A DNA stretch of 64,000 nucleotides from Mobula hypostoma (lineage: Eukaryota), in the NCBI RefSeq assembly GCF_963921235.1, contig NC_086097.1, positions 25,732,001-25,796,000 of the forward strand, given 5' to 3'. The notes below the pieces were generated by a model that saw only the letters and a list, made by a program, of their open reading frames with translations, had not been told where the DNA came from and did no database searches. The first letter of the stretch is position 1, and each line of letters starts with the position of its first letter. The position numbers and the translations under genes were made by a program. Of this stretch, positions 1 through 12,520 are shown in pieces.

Positions 1-1251
1 TTCAGCTGCTCAACAGTCCGTGGTCTCCATTGTCTGATTCTCCTCTTCATGATGCGCCATACATTTTCAATAGGAGATAGATCTGGACTTGCAGCAGGCC
101 AGTCAAGCACACGCACTCTGTGTCTACAAAGTCACGCTGTTGTAGCCCGTGCAGAATGTGGTCTGGCATTGTCCTGCTGAAATAAGCATGGACGTCCCGG
201 GAAGAGACGTCGCCTTGATGGCAACATATGTCTCTCTAAAATCCTCAGAGTCAATGGTACCTTCACATACATGCAACTCACCCACGCTGTGGGCACTGAT
301 GCACCCCCATACCATCACAGATGCTGGCTTTTGCACCTTTCGCTGATAACAATCTGGATGGTCGTTTTCATCTTTGGCACGGAGAACTCGACGTCTGGTT
401 TTTCCGAAAACTAGCTGAAATGTGGACTCATCTGACCACAGCACACTGTTCCACAGTCTTTTGGTCCATCTGAGATGAGCTCAGGCCCAGAGAACTCGCC
501 GGCGTTTCTGCATAGAGTTGATGTATGGCTTCCTCCTTGCGTAATACAGTTTCAAGTTGCATTTCTGGATGCAGCGACCGACTGTGTTGAGTGACAATGG
601 TTTTCCGAAGTACTCCCGAGCCCAGGTGGCTATAATTGTCACAGTAGCATGACGTTTTTTCAGGCAGTGCCGCCTGAGGGCTCGAAGATCACGCGCATTC
701 AACAGTGGTTTCCGACCTTGCCCTTTACGCACTGAGATGTCTCTGAATTCTCTGAACCTTTCAAAATATTATGTACTGTAGATGTTAAAAGACCTAAATT
801 CTCTGCAATCTTGCGTTGAGAAATGTTCCTCTTGAACTGACTAACAATTCTCTCAAGAATTTTGGCACAAAGGGGTGAGCCACGACCCATCCTTGCTTGC
901 AAAGACTGAGCCTTTGATGGATGCTACTTTTATACCCAGTCAGGATACCTCACCTGCTACCAATTAGCCTGCTTAATGTGGAGTCTTCCAAACCGGTGTT
1001 ACTTGAATATCCTGTGCACTTTTCAATCTTATTTTAACTCTGTCCCAACTTTTGTTGAGTGTGTTGCAGCCATCAAATTCTAAATTTCTGTATGTTTACA
1101 AAATACAATTAAGTTGGTCAGTAAAACTATTGAAAATCTTTTCTTTGTACTTTTGCCAGTTAAATAAAGGTTTACGTGAATTAACACATCACAGATTTTT
1201 GTTTTTATTGCATTTTGGAAAATATCCCAACTTTTCTGGAAATGGGGTTTG
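1..1251 (-). mobile_element. Tc1/mariner DNA transposon (IR/DR type), 5' part with frameshifted transposase; continues beyond window start
   Basis: Minus-strand ORF pieces MGRGSPLC...SQRKIA..STVHNI, GQGRKPLLNARDLRALRR, WSDESTF and VMVWGCI are Tc1 motifs. Terminus CAAACCCCATTTCCAGAAAAGTTGGG at 1251 is next to TA. An inner repeat TCCCAACTTTT lies at ~1043. Confidence 0.92.
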
Positions 1252-1350
1252 TATATGTGACAAATAAAGGTAACCTTTATCATCTTTGATTACATTGAGA
1301 TCTGAAGAAAAACACAGCATTTTATGGCCTAACCATAACATCTCCTTTAC

Positions 1351-1462
1351 CTGCAGCTGAGTCACTTTGCAGATCACTTGCACGAAGAGGAGCTATTCCA
1401 GCATTTCTGCTCAATCGCTGGCTTCGCAGTTCATCAATGGATTGTTCTAAATTATCTCGCAG
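1351..1462 (-). CDS. CEP128: CEP128 third coding exon (LRDNLEQSIDELRSQRLSRNAGIAPLRASDLQSDSAA)
   Basis: Bounded by ttttgaag| and |gtaaag; 112 nt, starting in phase 0. Resembles recalled human CEP128 LKESLEQSIDQLRSQRLLRNSG..SASDL. Confidence 0.92.
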
Positions 1463-1559
1463 CTTCAAAAAAAATATGGTAGAATTGTATTATGTTGCTG
1501 TTTCAATATATCATTTCAATTTTGATAATAAGGACGGTTCAAGACAAATTCTCCATAAA

Positions 1560-2165
1560 TCATACTGTAGGAGGAGTATTAGGCCATTTGGCTCAACCAG
1601 TCTGTTCTGCTATTTTCATCATGGCTGATTTATTAACTCTCTCAACCCCATTCTCTTACCTTCTCCCCATAACCTTTGTTGCTCTCACTAATCAAGAACC
1701 TAGCAACCTCCTCTTTAAATGCACCAAATGACTTCACCTCCAGAACCATATGTGGCAATGAATTCCTCAGATTCACCACGATTTGGCTAAAGAAATTCCT
1801 CCCTATCTCTGTTCTAAAGGGTCATCCTTCTTTTCTGAAGCTGTGCCCTCTGGTCCTAGACCTCCCCACCATTGGAAGCATCCTCTCCACATCCACTCTA
1901 GGCCTTTCAATATTCAACAGATTTCAATGAGATCCTTCCTCATTCTTCTTAAGTCCAGTGTATACAGGCCCAGAGCCATCAAACTCTCTTGGTACATTAA
2001 GATTTTCACTCCCAGTACCATTGTCATCACCCCCATCAGGACCCTCTCCAACACCAGCACCTGGTCTCTGGTTAAGGGGACCAAAACTACTCACAAACTC
2101 CAACTACAGATTGACCAATGCCTTATAAAGTGTCAGCATTATATCCTTGCTTATTTTTATTACTA
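1560..2165 (-). mobile_element. CR1 LINE 3' fragment (decayed)
   Basis: Similar to the CR1 3' ends at 2783-3400 and 33931-34700. Confidence 0.8.
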
Positions 2166-2569
2166 TTGAAGCTATGCAGTGGAATGACTCAAGACTGCAC
2201 TAGAGATTATGGCATAGAAGGAAGCCATACAGCGCACACTGCCCATGCCAAGTTTGAGGATTTACAAAATAAAACAAATATCAAAGAGCCACAAAGCACA
2301 GCAATGTATTCAGAAGACATTCATCCCAGAAGGTAGAAGTACATGACCTAAAATCAGATAGGGCACCAACAAATTTCAATGCTGAAAGATATTTTCTTAA
2401 CCCTCAAGATACTAAAATGCAGATTTACTCTTTGAGTTCTGACCTTGCACAATGAGAGTAAATACCAAGAAAAGCCTTCTATAAAATAATGTTGAAAATA
2501 TGTAGAATCCCACCACACAGTAAAATCTTTCATAATTTAAGTGGTCTTCCACACGCAAAATAAAATTTC

Positions 2570-2780
2570 TGGCATGGTAGCGCAGCAGACAGCACAACAC
2601 TTCACAGCGCCAGTGATAGTGTTTGAGGTTCAACTCCTGACACCGTCTGTAAGAAGTCTGTATGTTCTTCCCGTGACTGTGTGGATTCCCTTCAGATGTT
2701 CCATAGGTTAGGCTTAGTAAGATGTGGGCATACTGCGCTGGCACTGTAAAGATGGCAACATTTGTGGGCTGACCCCGGCC
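2570..2780 (+). repeat. tRNA-derived SINE (V-SINE-like), decayed
   Basis: Degenerate A/B boxes and a core like gaagtctgtatgttcttcccgtgactgtgtggattcc, shared with 13830-14095 and 59285-59460. Confidence 0.55.
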
Positions 2781-2782
2781 AA

Positions 2783-4900
2783 TAAGACCATAAGATATAG
2801 GAGCAGAAGTAGGCCATTCAGCCCATCGAGTCTGCTTCGCCATTCAATCATGGGCTGATCCAATCACCCCCACTCCTCTGCTTTCTCCCCATACCCTTTG
2901 ATGCTCCAGCTAATCAAGAACCTATCTATCTCTGCCTTAAATGCACCCAATGACTTGGCCTCCACAGCCACTTGTGGCAACATCTCCCTCCTAAATGGAC
3001 GTCCTTCAATCCTGAAGTTGTGCCCTCTTGTCCTAGACTCCCCTACCATGGGAAATAACTTTGTCATATCTAATCTGTTCAGGCCTTTCAACATGCGGAA
3101 TGTTTCTATGAGATCACTCCCTCATTCTCCTGAACTCCAGAGAATATAGCCCAAGAGCTGCCAGACGTTCCTCATATGGTAACCCTTTCATTCCTGGAAT
3201 CATTCTCGTGAATCTTCTCTGAACCCTCTCCAATGTCAGTATATCCTTTCTAGAATAAGGAGCCCAAAACTGCACACAATACTCTAAGTGTAGTCTCACG
3301 AGTGCCTTATAGAGCCTCAACATCACATCCCTGCTCTTATATTCTATACCTCTAAAAATGAATGCCAACATTGCCTTTGCCTTCTTCACCACTGACTCAA
3401 CCTGGAGGTTAACCTTTAGGCACGTGGCCAAGTGGTTAAGGCATTGGACTAGCGACCTGAAGGTTAAGAGTTCAAGCCCCAGCCGAGGGAATGTGTTGTG
3501 TCCTTGAGCAAGGCACTTAATCACACGTTGCTCTGCAACGACACTGGTGCCAAGCTGTATGGGTCCTAATGCCCTTCCCTTGGACAACATTGGTGTCATG
3601 GAGAGGGGAGACTTGCAGCATGAGCAACTGCTGGTCTTCCACACAACCTTGCCCAGGCCTGCGCCCTAGAGAGTGAAGACTTTCCAGGCACAGATCCATG
3701 GTCTCACAAGACTAACGGATGCCTTTACTTTATCCTGCACAAGGACTCCCAAGTCCCTTTGCATCTCTGCATTCTGAATTCTCTCCCCATCTAAATAATA
3801 GTCTGCCCGTTTATTTCTTTCACTAAAGTGCATGACCATACACTTTCCAACATAGTATTTCATTTCCCACTTCTTTGCCCATTCCCCCAAACTATCTAAG
3901 TCTCTCTGCAGGCTCTCTGTTTCCTCAACACTACCTGCTCCTCCATCTATCTTTGTATCATCAGCAAATCCATTAATCCCATAGTGCAAATCATTGACGT
4001 ACGTTGGAAAAAGCAGTGGTCACAATACCGAACCCTGTGGAACTCCACTGGTAACTGGCAGCCAGCCAGAGTAGGATCCCTTTATTTCCACTCTCTATTT
4101 TCTGCTGATCAGCCAATGCTCTACCCATGCTAGCAACTCCGCTGTAATTCCATGGGATCTTATCTTGTTAAGCAGCCTCATGTGCAGCACCTTGTCAAAG
4201 GCCTTCTGGAAATTCAAGTATACCACATCTACTACATCTCCTTTGTCTACCCGGCTTGCAATTTCTTCCAAAAATTGCAGTAGGTTCGTCAGGCAGGATT
4301 TTCCTTTCAGGAAACCACGCTGGCTTTGGTCTATCTTGTCACGTGCCTCCAGGTACTCCGTAATCTCATCCCTAACAATCGATTCCAACAACTTCCCAAT
4401 CACTGATGTCAGGCTAACAGGTCTATAGTTTCCTTTCTGCTGCCTCCCACTCTTCTTAAATAGTGGACTAGCATTTGCAATTTTCCAGTCATCCAGTACA
4501 ATGCCAGAATCTATCGATTCTTGAAAGATCATCGTCAATGCCTCCACAATGTCTCCAGCTACTTCCTTCAGAACCCCAGGGTGCATTCCATCAGATCCAG
4601 GAGATTTATCCACCCTCAGACCATTAAGCTTCCTGAACACCTTCTCAGTAATAATTTTCACTGCACATGCTTCACTTTCCTGACACTCGAGTGTCCGGTG
4701 TGCTACAGATGTCTTCCACTGTGAAGACTGATGCAAAATACCTATTCAGTTCCTCTGCCATCTTTGCGTCTCTCATTACAATATCTCCAGTGTCATTTTC
4801 TATTCGTCCTATATCTACCTTCAACTCTCTTTTTACCCTTTGTATAATTAAAAAAGCTTTTAGCATCTTCTTTGATATTAGTTGCCAGCTTCCTTTCATA
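2783..4900 (-). mobile_element. CR1 LINE ORF2 (RT) fragment, decayed
   Basis: NYRPVSLTS, GKSCLTNLL, FQKAFDKV, FADDTK and LEYCVQFW motifs in broken ORFs. Confidence 0.92.
3419..3727 (+). repeat. tRNA-derived SINE nested in CR1
   Basis: A box TGGCCAAGTGG and B box GTTCAAGCCC. Interrupts the CR1 reading frame. A related inverted copy lies at ~29250-29460. Confidence 0.75.
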
Positions 4901-5934
4901 ATACCTCCCCCAGAAGAGGCCCCAATGATCCAGGAACTTGAAACCCTGCCCCCTACACCAGTCTCTCAGTCACGCATTAATATGCCTGATCATACTATTC
5001 TTGCTCTTGTTAGTATGTGGCACAGGCAGCAATCCTGAGATTACTACCCTGAAGGTCCTACTTTACAGCTTGGACTGTGATGGCCATTGATGCAAACGAT
5101 GCTTTTCACTGCATGCTTCAATATACATGTGACAAATACAGCTAATCTTTAATCACTCTTTAATCTTTTGTTCATTGAATATTGGTGTGAAGTTGATACA
5201 GAGAAAGCAACATGGTAGGGGTTGGGTAAAGGAGAGGACAAGAATTTCCAAAAATTAATATGAGGAAAATAGAAAATAAATCAAAGCCTGCAAATAATCA
5301 TGATGTAATTCCCAGAAAGTGTACCACCCTCAGTACTGCTTAACACAGTGTTCAAAATGCACTCAATACAAAACTACCGTAACGAATTGCAATAATGGTT
5401 ATAAAGGCAAAGTCGAAAAATACTGCTGTTTCTGTTGCTGAATGAAGAAACAGTTGATTGTGCTCTACAGTGTGTGACCAATACACAGATTCAATCTTCA
5501 TCTTAGTCTTATGATAACCAAACTCAGTTATAGGACAGCTACAGATGGAATAAGGATTACAAGCCACTTTACTTTCTTTGGAGTCCTTGTTTAAAAAAAT
5601 CAAAGGAACTCTTTGTCAAAACAATAGCTTATTTTTTTTCTACCGTTCTTCTCATTAAGCAGTACATGCTTTGATATTGCACTTCTAGAAGTAAACATCA
5701 AAACAAAAAAAACAAGATATTTGAGTTTGAGGAGACCATGCTTTTTAAGTACCTGATGATGCAAAAATTCACAAAAGAAACTTTACTTTCAGCCTCTTTT
5801 GTTGTAAGTACTGAAGATATGACCAACTCCAAATAGGGAACATTGCTAGTCAACCTCCCTACAACCTGCTGACTTTTCAAACAGCTTCAGAATCTGATTA
5901 TGATTTTCCTGAAGTCAATTTTATTGGAATGAAA

Positions 5935-6836
5935 TTGTTGTGGTGCCGATTTCCGATCGCGTCGTCTCTGATCTGGGCCGACAATTACGTGTTGGCGGCA
6001 CCTAATTAATTAGCAAGTTTATTTCGGCTTTTTTCTTAAAGATGTGCTGTGTGCCTCCCGGCTACCTTTGCATCCTCCGCAAAACGGTATCTGTCCGTGG
6101 CCTGGGATTTAGGGTGGTGGGACACTGGGGTGTCATCTCGTCACCCGTTTCCATTAAAGCAGGCAGGTCATCTTCTTCTATCTCTGCCCGCCTCAATGTC
6201 GAAGGTCGAGGTTCGTCGTCTGCTGTGGCTGATGTGGAAGGCTTGCTTGACTGCTGAGCCTTGCGCATTTTTCTATCACACAGTTCTTTAATAAGGACTC
6301 AAACCATCCTGCAAATTTCCCCTAAACCGACGTACCCTTTCAAAATTAAGGTTGTACTTTATCATTACTCATTCGGTTTCCATTGTTATCCTTTTTTCTT
6401 CCAATTGCATCAGCTCTTCATCTGTCAGTTCTTGGTGATGGGATGCCAAAACTTCTTCAATATCATGTTCGTCAGCTTCCACAAGCCAAACTCACGTTGT
6501 CCTTACTTCGTTCACCACGATCAAAATGCTTAATAATGTCTAGTTTTACCGTAAGTGTAACACCCTTACCAGCTCTTTCAGGCTTTTCCGATACCATAGA
6601 ACTCATCTTGCAAACAGCTGCTCACAGGCACGTGTTAAAGCAAAGCAGTTGCGAATCCGGGGGAGAGCAGCTGCTCGGGGCACACTGCCTTTTATCGCAC
6701 GCTGATTTTTTTGCGCCCTGAATTTCTTTCCGTAAAAGTGAAAACACCTTCTGAAAGCGAAAATAGGGTACTAATGTAGGTCTTTCGTAACAGTGAGGTT
6801 TCATAAAGCGAACGTTCGAAAAGCGGGGGACACCTG
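5935..6836 (-). mobile_element. Tigger/pogo-like non-autonomous DNA transposon
   Basis: Minus-strand terminus TA|CAGGTGTCCCCCGCTTTTCGAACGTTCGCTTTA, plus a remnant peptide resembling a Tigger C-terminus (SKPSTSATADDEPRPST). Confidence 0.6.
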
Positions 6837-7224
6837 TAGTCATTTTGTATTTGGCTCAGTACTTAAAATTTAATACTGGAAAGTATTAAACTGGTTTCTT
6901 TGATAATGAGGAACTATGTCATCGTCAAGGCCCTGGGAATCTTTGACTGTTTAGCAACATATAAATCAACAGTTTTTGGCTATAATTTTTATTATTAATA
7001 TTAATTTATAATTCTATTTATTTAGAGTGGACAGTTAGTGTGTTTTTCCAAGGACAGCGACAACTAATACCAGAGGACATCTAGGCAGAGCAAATTAAAA
7101 CTTCTTCCTCGCAGAAAAGGTTCGATTGTTCACTCGATCTTTCAGCTGGGTGAATGCATACTGCTGACCTGTAGAAGGGCAAGATAAAGAACATTTGGAT
7201 GGTTTATCTTTTACTGGTACATAC

Positions 7225-7311
7225 CTGTGCCACTGCCTCCATTTGTTCATTGGTATAGCCCCTGTACCGTCCCAGCATCCGATCCACAGCCTTCAGGTCT
7301 CGACTGGTGTC
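7225..7311 (-). CDS. CEP128: CEP128 second coding exon (DTSRDLKAVDRMLGRYRGYTNEQMEAVAQ)
   Basis: Bounded by aatttcag| and |gtatgt; 87 nt, phase 0/0. Resembles recalled human DTSRNLRQVDQMLGRYREYSNGQAGAIEH. Confidence 0.93.
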
Positions 7312-7444
7312 CTGAAATTAACTCAAGCTTTAAGAGAACTTCTCAAAAAAAAAATAATGCTATGACCATCACTGGTTCTAATCTTTTTAAAGTGGACAAA
7401 CCAATTTAATTAAACAAAATAGCAACAGATATCATTATTTTTAA

Positions 7445-7635
7445 ACACAAGAGATTCTGCAGATGCTGGAAATCTAGTGGAACACATACGAAATGCTGGA
7501 GGAACTCAGCAGGCCAGGCAGTATCTATAGACGGGAATAAACAGATTGACAGGGCCTTGGCTTGAAACATTGAATGGTTATTCCTTTCCAAAGATTCTGC
7601 CTGACCTACTGAGTTCTTCCAGCGTTTTGTGGGTA
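7445..7635. repeat. Penelope-derived 3'-end fold-back element (decayed)
   Basis: Same sequence family as 21368-21500, with two inverted arms. Confidence 0.7.
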
Positions 7636-9293
7636 TCCTTATTTATCTGTAACATTGGAGAAACCCCAAGCAGAAAGCTCTTCAATGTATCTAAAGGAGA
7701 AAAAAAAAGTCCTAATAATTGCAATTGCTGCCTCTAAATCTCTTTACAAGACTTTACAAGACTCTTTACAAGACTTTAACATCATTGAACAGCTCTTAAG
7801 TGAAAAGAGAAATTAGTTAATGATCAACTGATATCAGTTCTCAAATGTCCCCCAAATTCTCAGTAACACCCACAGATATAAAACCACAAATCTCACCACA
7901 CCAAACTCTCTCAAGTTTCCTAGATCATCAAGATAACAGCTTCACTCTTCAGAGAATCTGTAACATGCTCTAACATTTAACATCTATTCAAAATCAGGGC
8001 ATGGGGAGAAATCAGTATTATTTCCAACCATGGGGGTGGGGAGGAGGTAACAGCTTCATACTTCAGAGGGCCTGCAAAACACTATAACATCTAACATCTT
8101 CATCATTATGGGGATAGGAAGTGATCAGTGTTATTCCCCACCACAGGGGTGGGGAACGATTTGTAACAGTTTGGAAACAACTGATTTTCCAAAATAATAC
8201 TAAATCCTTCCTGCCCCTGTTTCTAATATCTACAAATATATATTTAATGTAACTTTTAGGTATTTGGAGGGGACCTCAAAGGCTTTGTTGAAGACAGTCA
8301 CAGTCACCATATCAAACAAATACTTATGCACATGATAAAAACCTTATTTTTGACACTGATGTTCACTGTAAGATTGCAACACTTGTTACATACAGCTGTT
8401 AGGGTGCATTCTCCAGTTACCTTATAAAGGTAACTGTAGCCTTCACTAAAGCTTCTCATAACCAGTTTTGTCAAATAACTTTCTTAATTGGTTGTGAACA
8501 CAAGAGTTTCCGCAGATGCTTGAAATAACGAGCACACACAGAAATGCTGGAGGAACTCAACAGGTGAGGCAGCTTAGAGATATTGTATTTGCACATTCAT
8601 TGTTCGTCAGTCTTTATTTGTGGGTGGTTTTTCCATTGATTCTTTTTTATTGCTTTGGTCTATGTACCACATAGCCTACTGTATAATATGGGACTATTTT
8701 ATGTCGTAGTAACACGTTACTAAGCATGCGCTATTAGGTGCATATTGATCTGTATATATGCATTCAGTTCAGGTTCCGTAAGTAAAAAGCCCTGTTAACT
8801 TAGCTCCAGTCTCCAGCGTTTTTATTTATAGTTTTGTTGTGTAACCGGCCACATACACAACAAATTGGTGACGAGGTTAATGAACCTGCATCATATCAGA
8901 ACGCCGTGTTTTAATTGATAACGGCACTCAGAAGAGGCAGAGTGAGGCCGCGATTCTGAAAAGAAGCAGGAGTTCAGCTGGAGTCAGAAAAGTCGGGAGA
9001 CCGAAAGACAGAATCGGAGCCGTGGCGCATCCAGACAAGACCACAGCAGGCGCTGGAGCCCAGGGCTGAGGGTCTGCCGGCCTCAGAAGGGAGATAAAAA
9101 AAAAGAGGAGCGACACATGCGTCTAGCCAGAGTACACTCACGACACCAGCAAAAAAAAAAGGTCACGTGAGTCAAAAAGAAAACAAAGGACCAGGGTTAG
9201 ATTCACATAACAAGGATGAATTAACACAACAAGGATGGCGTTAATTGGAACCATTACAGCATTTGATAGTGGCATTGAAGACTGGGCAACTTA

Positions 9294-12200
9294 GGCTACG
9301 TACACACTGGACCGGATAAATCTGTAACCGAAGCTTTTTCTCTTCGTTTTGACCCTCCGTCCACACTGAAACGGCGTTTTCCTCCCCCGAAAATGGAGAT
9401 TTTCAGAAACGCTCTCCAGAGTGAATAAATCTGAAAACGCTTAATATCCAGCGTAGTGTGTACGGGGTAGCCGTCTATTTTTAAAACCGCTGTAATGACG
9501 TGCTGGAACAAATGGTGGCCGCAGCGCGGCATTTCATTGTTTTCATGAACGTAACCTCAAACACCACAACAATATCTGACAATAGATGTGCAGCAGCCTA
9601 CTGCAACGTTATATAGAAATACAAGATAACACTGATGCAGACACGTTTTATACATTTAACAAGGTGCTTTATTAATGTATTGCTTGTGCAAACATTCAAT
9701 AGATGCAATTGTCACTTTTGCCCAGTAACTCATTTTATTGCACATGTTAAATACAGCAAAATAATACACAAAGATATGGCAAAAGTAAAGGCAAGCAAAT
9801 TTCACTTTTGCCCAGTAACAAGCCTTATTGCATTTAGTTGTAGCTGTCATCCCTTTCATCAGTGAAGAGACTATAGCTGTTGGAAATGCTTCTGGACAAA
9901 CGCGCACCAAGTCTTTCGTTTGGTGATGTAAGTTTTTCTAGTCTGTAACTGGACAAACGTGCACCAAGTATACCATTTCCTCTTCACTTGTTTTCTGTGT
10001 GCCCTACACATGCCCAGTAGGAGGAGATTTGCCCAAATATCCATTTTGATGTGGACGGAGGTATTTTTAAAAACGCTTAGTGTGGACGCCTGTCGTTTTT
10101 ACATGAAACCGGCATTTTCAAAATTATCGTCCACACTAATCGTTTTTGAAAATACCTCCGTCCACATTAAAACAGATATTTGGGTGAATCTCCTCCTACT
10201 GGGCATGCGCAGGATACATCTACAGAAAACAAGCGACATGTTTGGTGTCGAATCTCGCTGTGAAAGTGCACGTTTGTGCAGTTACAGACTAGAAAAACTT
10301 AAAAGGAATTGCCGTTGGCTCTCGCGCAGGAGGACTTAAAACTAAAAAAAACAAATACTGGAGTGTATGGAGGCAACCAACAGGGAGTTCAGACAGTATG
10401 ACCCAGCTGACGACGAACATTGAAAAACTGACTAACTCTGTTGCGTTGCACCTTGTTAAATGTATAAAACATGACTGTGTCAATGTTATCTTGTATTTCC
10501 ATACAATGTTACATTAGGCTGTTATACATCTACTGTCAGAAAAGTACTTGCATAAATAAGTAAACCACCTTTTCCAAGCAAGGACAGAAAACAGGGCAAA
10601 GTGTGCTTATTTATTCAGTAAGCTATGGGTCAAAGTATTTGGTGAGTACATTTCTAACACTTCTGGCTTCAGTCTCATTGCCGTCTGTTCTGAAATTGTT
10701 AGGTTTTGTGGGGGGGTTGCGTTCAAGAAAACATGAATTGCCGCACTGCCGCCATCTGTTCCGGCACGTCATGACAGCATTTTCAAAAATATCCGTTTAC
10801 CCCGTCCACACTGCTCTGCACAATCGGCGTTTTCAAATTTACACACTCTAGAGGGCGTTTTAGAAAATCTCCATTTTCCGGGGAGGAAAACGCCGTTTCA
10901 GTGTGGACGGAGGGTCAAAACGAAGAGAAAAAGTTTCGGTTACGGATTATACAGTCTAGACCGGATAATTTTGAAAACGCTGGTTTTGCGTAAAAACGAT
11001 AGGTGTCCACACTAAGCGTTTTTGAAAATACCTCCGTCCACATTAAAATGGATATTTGGGCGAATCTCCTCCTACTGGGCATGCGCAGGACACACAGAAA
11101 ACAAGCGAAGAGGAAACCGTATACTTGGTGCGCATTTGTCCAGTTACAGACTAGAAAAACTTAAAAGGAAATTGCCAAACCAAAGACTTGGTGCATGTTT
11201 GTCCAGAAACATTTCCTACAGCCATAGTCTCTTCACCGATGAAAGGGACCACAGCAATAAGGCTTGTTACTGGGCAAAAGTGAAATCTGCTTGCCTTTAC
11301 TTTTGCCATATCTTCGTATATTATTTTGCTGTATTTAACATGTGCAATAAAATGAGTTACTGGGCAAAAGTGACAATTGCATCTACTGAATGGTTGAACA
11401 AGCAATACATTAATAACTACTACTACAACGTCGACTCAGGCCTAGGGGGCCGGCGTCGGGCACGATGACGAACTCTCCACTTCTCCCTCTGCCTCATCAG
11501 TGTGTTCAGTTCATCTACATTAGCCGCGCCGCTGTCTTCTAGGAGCATGTTGACCATAGTCTTGGGAGGGCGCCCAGGGTTCATCCTCCCGTGCTTGGGC
11601 TCCCATATAATGACTAGGCTGGCAGGTAGCTCGGGGTGGTGTAGACAGTGCCCCGCTAGTTACAGTCTTCTCGCCTCGATTTTAGTGGTGAGCATCAGTA
11701 GGCTGTTATGGAGCTCGACATTCATCATGTGCTGTTGCCAACTCACATCAAGAGCCATCCGGAGCATTTGTGTATAGCAACAATCTGGAGACTTTCACAT
11801 CATCTTGGTGAGTGTCCACGTCTCGCATCCGTATGTGAGAATGGACTCTGTGACTGCTATGAAAATCCTCTTTTTAAGCCCTCTGGTCAGGTTTGACTTC
11901 CCGATTTCCTTCATGTCATTCATAGCCCTCCGCGCCAGCGGCTTCCGTATCTTTATGTCCTTCTCTGAACTCATCATTCTTGACCCTACGTACTTGTAGT
12001 CAAAGACTTTCTTAATGGTATCATTCTCTACGGTCTTGAGAGTACCTTCGTCACAGTTAAATGCCATGTATTCTGTCTTTTTAGCATTTAGGTGAAGTCC
12101 AACTTTATTGCACTCAATTTCCACTTTTGTCAGTAGCTGCTGTGCTTCCTCCATCTGGTCAGAGAGCAGGACTATGTCATCTGCAAAATTGAGATCTGTG

Positions 12201-12520
12201 AGCGTAACTGGTCTGACCCTTTTGGTTCGTCCTAGTTTTATGGTAAAACTTGTCATGATCTTTGGTAGCTTGTCGCAGACCATAATCAAGGACGATTATG
12301 AAGATGTAGGGTGCCAGAGTGTCTCCTTGCAGCACACCAGTTAGGAGCTCGAACACTGCTGTTTCTCCGTCTGGTGATACAATTTTCGCCTTGGTCTTGG
12401 TATAGCTGGACTCTATTGCTCTCAGTAGATGGTCTGGCACTCCATAAGCTTTCAGGATCTTCGGCATTTGACATTAATAAAGCACCTTGTTAAATGTATA
12501 AAACATGTCTGCATCAGTGG
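9294..12520. mobile_element. Three Harbinger-like non-autonomous element copies (one forward, two inverted) inside the LTR element
   Basis: Terminus TTA|GGCTACGTACACACT with repeated GTCCACAC subterminal motifs. 9294-9530 is inverted at 10730-10948; 10010-10128 is inverted at 10129-10205 and 10957-11090; 9635-9905 is inverted at 11151-11415. Confidence 0.65.
11417..12470 (-). mobile_element. 5'-truncated RTE/RTEX-clade LINE
   Basis: GVLQGDTLAPYIF, FADDI and LTYGCETWTL motifs. (TAG)n tail. 10-bp TSD ACATTAATAA at 11407-11416 and 12471-12480. Confidence 0.88.

Noticed and set aside
3419..3490. tRNA gene (also at ~13840, ~27120 and ~59290)
   Set aside because: The A/B boxes are SINE heads followed by SINE bodies, and no complete cloverleaf was seen.
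7741..7778. Short tandem repeat (CTTTACAAGA)x3; also a duplication at 53283-53363
   Set aside because: Simple slippage repeats with no spacer structure, so not CRISPR-like.
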